From Candidatus Saccharimonadota bacterium (lineage in GTDB: Bacteria > Pseudomonadota > Gammaproteobacteria > Enterobacterales > Enterobacteriaceae), in NCBI GenBank assembly GCA_045690015.1, contig CP145877.1, positions 358,576 to 390,575 on the forward strand: DNA of 32,000 nt. Reading direction: 5' to 3'. The notes below the pieces were generated by a model. The model had not been told where the DNA came from. It worked only from the letters and a program-made list of their open reading frames with translations, and ran no database searches. Positions 27,162 to 32,000 of this stretch are shown in pieces; the first letter of the stretch is position 1; the number at the start of each line of letters is the position of its first letter. The translations under genes and the position numbers were made by a program.

Positions 27162-28937
27162 ATGTGCTATAAGCATATTACAGATCAGCAAACATTTCTA
27201 TCATGGATAAAAACCCTAGAAAAAAGTTCTTTATTTGCTTTTCATATGGAGACTAATTTTCAGAATAGTCGTCAAGTATTAATTGGATTATCTATTGCGA
27301 TAAATATAGGATCATCGGTTTATTTATCTCTATTGCCCAATGATATTGAAACATTCTTAGAATTAACATTACCACAGGTGTTATCATATTTAAAACCAAT
27401 TTTAGAAAATAATAAAATAAAAAAAATTGGGGAAAATCTTAAATCTTATTATAGAATCCTAAAATTCTATGACATTGAGCTATTAGGGATTTATTTTGAT
27501 ACTCAAGTCGGATCATATGTAATAAATCCATTATCAATTAAAAAAGATTTCCAAACATTTATTCAAGATTGGTTTCCTAACTGTGAGAAAATATTAGTTA
27601 ATAAAGAATCTTATTTCCCACAATATCTAGCACAAAAAGCTGATATAATTTTAAAATTGTATTTTAAAATGTGCGAATATCTAAACAGTCATTTAACTTT
27701 AAAAAACATCTTTGATAAGATTGAAATGCCATTATTGATAGTTCTTTCCCGCATAGAATGTAATGGAGTTATAATTGATGCAGCTCTTTTAAAATCTTAT
27801 TCAGATGAATTAGCGTCTCGTATTCGATCATTAGAAAATATGGCCTATAAAATAGCAGGAGAAGATTTTAATCTCGCTTCTTCTAAGCAATTACAAAAGG
27901 TTCTTTTTAAACAAAATAAGAATATAATTCAACCAACCTTAACAAAAAGGACTTGTGGTTTTATGTCAGCTAATGAAAAAGTATTAGTTAATCTCACTAG
28001 ATATCATCAGTTGGCAAAAATAATTATAGAGTATCGCAGCTTAGCCAAATTAAAAAATTCTTATACTGATAAATTACCACAATTAATAAATGTAATTACT
28101 AGAAGAGTTCATAGTTTTTATGACCAGACTTTAACTACTACTAGTCGTCTTTCATCTAGGAGTCCGAACTTACAAAATATTCCCATTCGTAATGCACAAG
28201 GAAGAAGAATACGTCAAGCTTTTATTGCATCTAAACAATATAAGATTGTATCAGCGGATTATTCTCAGATAGAATTACGAGTTCTTGCTCATCTCTCTAA
28301 AGATAAAAAATTGCTAAACTGCTTTCATACAAACCAGGATCTTCACGCTTTCACAGCTGCTAAAATTTTTGGGATTGAGGTATCTCAAGTAACTCAAATA
28401 CAACGGCGTAAAGCTAAAATTATTAATTTTGGAGTAATTTATGGTATGAGTGCTTTTGGTTTATCCAATCAGCTAAATATATCTATAAAAGCTGCAAAAA
28501 ATTACATTGATAAATATTTTGAACAATATCAAGGGATATTTACATACATTAATAAAATGAAAGAAATAGCAAAACAATCTCGATATGTTACTACTCTAAC
28601 TGGTAGAAGACTTTATATACCACAAATACATTCGCCAAATAGGATTCATCAAAATGCTGCATTGCGTACTGCTATTAATGCTGTAATACAAGGAACAGCG
28701 GCAGATATTATTAAATTAGCAATGATTTCTTTAGATAATTGGATTAATATAAATCATTATACAAATTATATTAAAATGATTATTCAAGTACATGATGAAT
28801 TAGTATTTGAAGTAGAGAGTTCACTTTTAGAAATAGCTATAAAAAGTATTCGTTATTTTATGGAAAATTCTATGATCTTAGAAATACCTCTGTATGTAAA
28901 TATTGGAATAGGTAATAATTGGGAACAAGCTCATTAA
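27162..28937 (+). CDS. polA: DNA polymerase I, Klenow-like fragment (degenerate 3'-5' exo domain plus polymerase domain) as a stand-alone ORF
   Basis: 591-aa ORF in a different frame from the upstream polA ORF. It aligns from E. coli Pol I around residue 325 (ISYDNYVTILDEETLKAWI vs MCYKHITDQQTFLSWI) to the C-terminus (NWEQAH). Polymerase motifs A (SADYSQIELRVLAH), B (RRKAKIINFGVIYGMS) and C (IQVHDELVFE) are intact. Confidence 0.9.
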   Translation: MCYKHITDQQTFLSWIKTLEKSSLFAFHMETNFQNSRQVLIGLSIAINIGSSVYLSLLPNDIETFLELTLPQVLSYLKPILENNKIKKIGENLKSYYRILKFYDIELLGIYFDTQVGSYVINPLSIKKDFQTFIQDWFPNCEKILVNKESYFPQYLAQKADIILKLYFKMCEYLNSHLTLKNIFDKIEMPLLIVLSRIECNGVIIDAALLKSYSDELASRIRSLENMAYKIAGEDFNLASSKQLQKVLFKQNKNIIQPTLTKRTCGFMSANEKVLVNLTRYHQLAKIIIEYRSLAKLKNSYTDKLPQLINVITRRVHSFYDQTLTTTSRLSSRSPNLQNIPIRNAQGRRIRQAFIASKQYKIVSADYSQIELRVLAHLSKDKKLLNCFHTNQDLHAFTAAKIFGIEVSQVTQIQRRKAKIINFGVIYGMSAFGLSNQLNISIKAAKNYIDKYFEQYQGIFTYINKMKEIAKQSRYVTTLTGRRLYIPQIHSPNRIHQNAALRTAINAVIQGTAADIIKLAMISLDNWININHYTNYIKMIIQVHDELVFEVESSLLEIAIKSIRYFMENSMILEIPLYVNIGIGNNWEQAH

Positions 28938-28972
28938 TAATTTATCTCTTATCTATTAATTACTTCTATTTT

Positions 28973-29039
28973 GTAGTGTAAACCTTTCGTTGATTTCTGT
29001 TGCTTTGCTGTAACCGTGAATTCTGCCTGAATTTAATCA
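28973..29039 (+). ncRNA. spf: Possible Spot 42 (spf) sRNA homolog or remnant, lacking the canonical terminator
   Basis: It lies immediately downstream of polA on the same strand, the E. coli position of spf. GTAGTGTAAACC...GATTTCTGTTGCTTTGCTGTAACCGTGAATTCTGCCTGAATTTAATCA shares blocks with E. coli Spot 42 as I recall it (GUAGGGUACAGAGG...GAUGUUCUAUCUUUCAG...CGUAAUCGGAUUUGGCUGAAUAUUUUAGCC). No GC-rich terminator hairpin follows. Confidence 0.3.
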
Positions 29040-29123
29040 TGCCCAGAGCGGGATTCGAACCCGCATAGCTATACTGCCGAGGGATTTTAAGTCCCTTGTG
29101 TCTACCACTTCCACCATCCGGGC
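29040..29123 (-). tRNA. leuZ: tRNA-Leu (anticodon UAA), class II with long variable arm; no encoded CCA
   Basis: The reverse complement GCCCGGATGGTGGAAGTGGTAGACACAAGGGACTTAAAATCCCTCGGCAGTATAGCTATGCGGGTTCGAATCCCGCTCTGGGCA folds as a cloverleaf with anticodon loop CT-TAA-AA. It is very similar to E. coli leuZ. Confidence 0.95.
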
Positions 29124-29158
29124 TATACTGATTATAAGGATTGACGCTAAGTAAGCTA

Positions 29159-29229
29159 AGGCGCGTTTCGGAATTGAACCGAACTATGCGAATTTGCAAT
29201 CCGCTGCATAACCACTCTGCCAACGCGCC
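29159..29229 (-). tRNA. cysT: tRNA-Cys (anticodon GCA); no encoded CCA
   Basis: The reverse complement GGCGCGTTGGCAGAGTGGTTATGCAGCGGATTGCAAATTCGCATAGTTCGGTTCAATTCCGAAACGCGCCT has anticodon loop TT-GCA-AA and the acceptor stem GGCGCGT/ACGCGCC, as in E. coli tRNA-Cys. Confidence 0.95.
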
Positions 29230-29605
29230 TAAAATTCATTTTTAATTATATAATAATATTTTAATTATTTTTATTCAAATTAATTGTGAATATCATTTCA
29301 TTGATATTTGTTCACAATATTTTAATCTAAATAGCTTAACTAATAAACATATTGAATCATTACTCAGCGCACTTAGAATAATTCTACTCATCTCCATGCT
29401 TATCGAAACAATTTTTTATTTTTGCTAAAAATTATAGCTTTTTATATTCTATATTTTAATTAGTAACATCCCTTCACTCAATACTGAAATTCACGAATAA
29501 TAATTCTAAAAGAAGCTGTGCTGAGTAATAAATCATTTTATATAAATATTTTTGCGAATCTATTTAACTAGTATTCTATTCTCCATATTAATTTATCAAT
29601 TTCAA

Positions 29606-31624
29606 CTAATTTTCGATCGGGTCGACATCTATGGTCCATTTTACTTTGGTTAGTTTAGGCAAACTATAAATCTTTTTAAGATTAGATTGAATAATTTGTT
29701 GTAATTTTATACGCATAGGATGTTGTAAAAGCAATTGCCATCGATATTTTCCATTACGCTTACTTTGTAATGCAGGTATTGGCCCCATAATTAATAATTG
29801 AGCATCAGTAAGAGCAGAAAAATTAAATATGTTACGTATATAATTGAGGAAAATTTTCGCATAATTATTATTTTTATCTTCTGCACGAATTAATACATGG
29901 TTGCTATAAGGTGGTAAAAATACTATTTTGCGTTCTTTTAAAGCTTCATTAGCAAAACAATTGTAACCTTGATATAATAATTTTTGTAACCAAGGATGAT
30001 TAGGATGATAGGTTTGTAATATAACTTCTCCACCTTTTTTACCACGACCTGCACGTCCTGCTATTTGTGTATAGAGTTGTGCGAAACGTTCAGATGAACG
30101 AAAATCTCCAGAAAATAATGCTCCATCAACATTTAATAAAGCTACTAATGTAATATTAGGAAAATGATGTCCTTTAGCTAACATTTGTGTACCAATTAAA
30201 ATCTGTGGACCACCAGAGAGGATTTTTGTTAAATTGCATTCTATGGTGTTTTTATGACTTATTGTGTCACGATCAATGCGCCATATTGGTATATTAGGGA
30301 AAATTTTTTTTAGTTTTCGTTCTATTTTCTCAGTACCAATTCCTAATGGAATTAAATTCTTTATTCCACATTTTTTACATTTTTCTGGAAGTGAAGTTTT
30401 TCTATTACAATAATGACAATGTAAGTATTTATATTCTTTATGATATGTATAACTATGGTCGCAGTATTTGCATTCAGCAATCCATCCGCAATTTTTACAG
30501 ATGATGGACGTTGAAAAACCTCTTCTATTCAAAAATAATAAGACTTGATTATTATGTTGTAAATGTACAGTAATTTTATTTTTTAATACTGAAGATATAC
30601 CTTCTGATACGGGAGATTTTTTTAAATCAATAATATTTTGTGTATACCAATTTGCTTTACCAGCTCTTTGTTTTAGGTGTAAGCATTTATATTTTCCTAA
30701 TTTCACATTATATAACGTTTCTAGTGATGGAGTAGCAGAACCCATTACTATAGGAATATTTTTATTTTTTGCTAGTAATACTGCTAAATCCCTTGCTTGA
30801 TATTTCCATCCTTTTTGTTCTTTATAAGAAGTATCATGTTCTTCATCAATTATAATGATTCCAAGATTAACAAATGGGGTAAATATAGCTGATCGTGTTC
30901 CTATAATAATAGGAACTTCTCCTGTACGAACTCTCATCCAAACTTCTAAGCGTTTCTTATTATTAAGACCTGAATGTACGATTTCTATCGGTACATTAAA
31001 ACGTTTCTTAAAACGTGTAATTGTTTGAGGAATTAAACTAATTTCAGGTACTAATATAAGTACTTGATGACCTGTATTAACAATATGACTTACTATATTA
31101 AGATACACTTCAGTTTTTCCTGAACCAGTAATACCAGCTAATAACCAAGCAGTAAAATTATCTGTAATTTTACAGATATTTGTAATAGCTGTTTTTTGTT
31201 CATAATTTAAAAAAAATGTTTGTTCAATTTTATTGATGATTGAAGTATTATTGTTAGTAAGTTGACTATTAAAAATAGTAGAAGGATAAACTTCTGGAAG
31301 TTTTTGACCGTTTCGTAATAAAATTGGAATAGAATAAAAGAGTACTTTACCTAAAGGATAGTGATAATAATTGGCTGCCCAAACTAAAACGGTCCATAAT
31401 TCTTTCTGAAATAAAGATTCAGTATCAATAATGTAATTGATATTTTTTAAATCCTTTATACAAATAGAACTTTTATTTAGAATATTTACAATAATTCCAA
31501 TTATATTGCGATTACCAAAAGGTACATTAACTCTAGTGCCTATTATAGGTTTGAGATTTGGAGGAACAATATAATCAAAATATTCTGTGATACTAAGAGA
31601 TACAACAACCTGAACAATCAACAT
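29606..31624 (-). CDS. priA: Primosomal replication-restart helicase PriA
   Basis: 672-aa ORF. Walker A GITGSGKTEVY, DEEHD, the cysteine-rich zinc region CKNCGWIAECKYCDHSYTYH...LHCHYCNRK...CKKCG, and QIAGRAGRG are present. It is divergent from rpmE as in E. coli. Confidence 0.95.
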   Translation of the reverse strand: MLIVQVVVSLSITEYFDYIVPPNLKPIIGTRVNVPFGNRNIIGIIVNILNKSSICIKDLKNINYIIDTESLFQKELWTVLVWAANYYHYPLGKVLFYSIPILLRNGQKLPEVYPSTIFNSQLTNNNTSIINKIEQTFFLNYEQKTAITNICKITDNFTAWLLAGITGSGKTEVYLNIVSHIVNTGHQVLILVPEISLIPQTITRFKKRFNVPIEIVHSGLNNKKRLEVWMRVRTGEVPIIIGTRSAIFTPFVNLGIIIIDEEHDTSYKEQKGWKYQARDLAVLLAKNKNIPIVMGSATPSLETLYNVKLGKYKCLHLKQRAGKANWYTQNIIDLKKSPVSEGISSVLKNKITVHLQHNNQVLLFLNRRGFSTSIICKNCGWIAECKYCDHSYTYHKEYKYLHCHYCNRKTSLPEKCKKCGIKNLIPLGIGTEKIERKLKKIFPNIPIWRIDRDTISHKNTIECNLTKILSGGPQILIGTQMLAKGHHFPNITLVALLNVDGALFSGDFRSSERFAQLYTQIAGRAGRGKKGGEVILQTYHPNHPWLQKLLYQGYNCFANEALKERKIVFLPPYSNHVLIRAEDKNNNYAKIFLNYIRNIFNFSALTDAQLLIMGPIPALQSKRNGKYRWQLLLQHPMRIKLQQIIQSNLKKIYSLPKLTKVKWTIDVDPIEN

Positions 31625-31717
31625 AATTTATCTGATATTAATTATATTTTGAATCTAAATAAAGAGTTAGACCAACTATTTTGATCTTAATGTTAAAAGA
31701 AGAATAAGAGGGTTAAT

Positions 31718-31924
31718 ATGAAGAAAAACATTCATCCTAATTATACTCCTATTACCGCAACATGTAGGTGTGGTAATATAATACAAATTAAATCTACATT
31801 AAAAGCTAATCTAACTTTAGACGTATGTTGTAAATGTCATCCATTTTATACTGGAAAACAGCGCATTATTGATACACGAGGTCGTGTTGAACGCTTCAAA
31901 AGACGTTTCAATATTAGTAATTGA
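31718..31924 (+). CDS. rpmE: 50S ribosomal protein L31 (zinc-ribbon type)
   Basis: 68-aa [23 protein letters not shown]...[15 protein letters not shown]...[12 protein letters not shown] matches E. coli L31, including the four Cys residues. Confidence 0.96.
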   Translation: MKKNIHPNYTPITATCRCGNIIQIKSTLKANLTLDVCCKCHPFYTGKQRIIDTRGRVERFKRRFNISN

Positions 31925-32000
31925 TATTATATCATAACAGTATTGTACTTATAAATGTATCTAATCAAATTAGAAAGAAAAAAGTCTTGCAATTTTAAAA

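Noticed and set aside
28966-29223. 85-aa minus-strand ORF
   Set aside because: It is made up of the tRNA-Leu and tRNA-Cys genes and their spacer read as protein, so it is an artefact.
1-32000. Search for CRISPR repeats, IS elements or transposases, integrases, prophage genes, toxin-antitoxin or restriction-modification modules, and any cluster of unassigned ORFs
   Set aside because: None were found. Every ORF of 100 codons or more is assignable to a conserved housekeeping family, and spacers are short or explained by gene decay. No periodic direct-repeat array is visible.

Overview
This window is strongly AT-rich (roughly 70% A+T by eye), gene-dense, and almost entirely housekeeping. The proteins are clearly Enterobacterales-like but diverged and lysine/isoleucine/asparagine-rich. 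That pattern fits a reduced genome of an obligate insect endosymbiont; retention of aroF-tyrA and frequent in-frame poly(A) tracts are reminiscent of ant or weevil nutritional symbionts, but this is inference only.

Gene content in order:
- infB (3' end), rbfA, truB, rpsO, pnp, deaD, ung, grpE(-), nadK, smpB, ssrA (tmRNA)
- aroF, tyrA, bamD(-), rluD, clpB, rnhA(-), dnaQ, gpt, ibpA, metG(-)
- an eroded apbC/mrp pseudogene, yegQ(-), htpX, tsaB, rsd(-), hupA, dsbA
- polA as two separate ORFs, a possible Spot 42 remnant, tRNA-Leu(UAA)(-), tRNA-Cys(GCA)(-), priA(-), rpmE

I found no CRISPR array, transposase, integrase, phage gene, toxin-antitoxin pair or defence-island-like cluster, and no unassigned multi-gene block. 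I therefore do not think this window holds an undescribed multi-gene system.

The observations worth a second look are genome-reduction phenomena:
1. Pol I is split exactly at the 5'-nuclease/Klenow linker, and three of four proofreading carboxylates are replaced.
2. clpB is reduced to the short isoform and begins at the conserved internal GTG.
3. An apbC pseudogene has a destroyed P-loop.
4. A Spot 42-like sequence sits in the syntenic position after polA.
5. Well-preserved sigma32 promoters precede grpE and ibpA, and ibpA has a structured leader that may be an RNA thermometer.
6. BamD lacks its lipobox cysteine.

All comparisons to E. coli sequences are from memory and should be confirmed by alignment.
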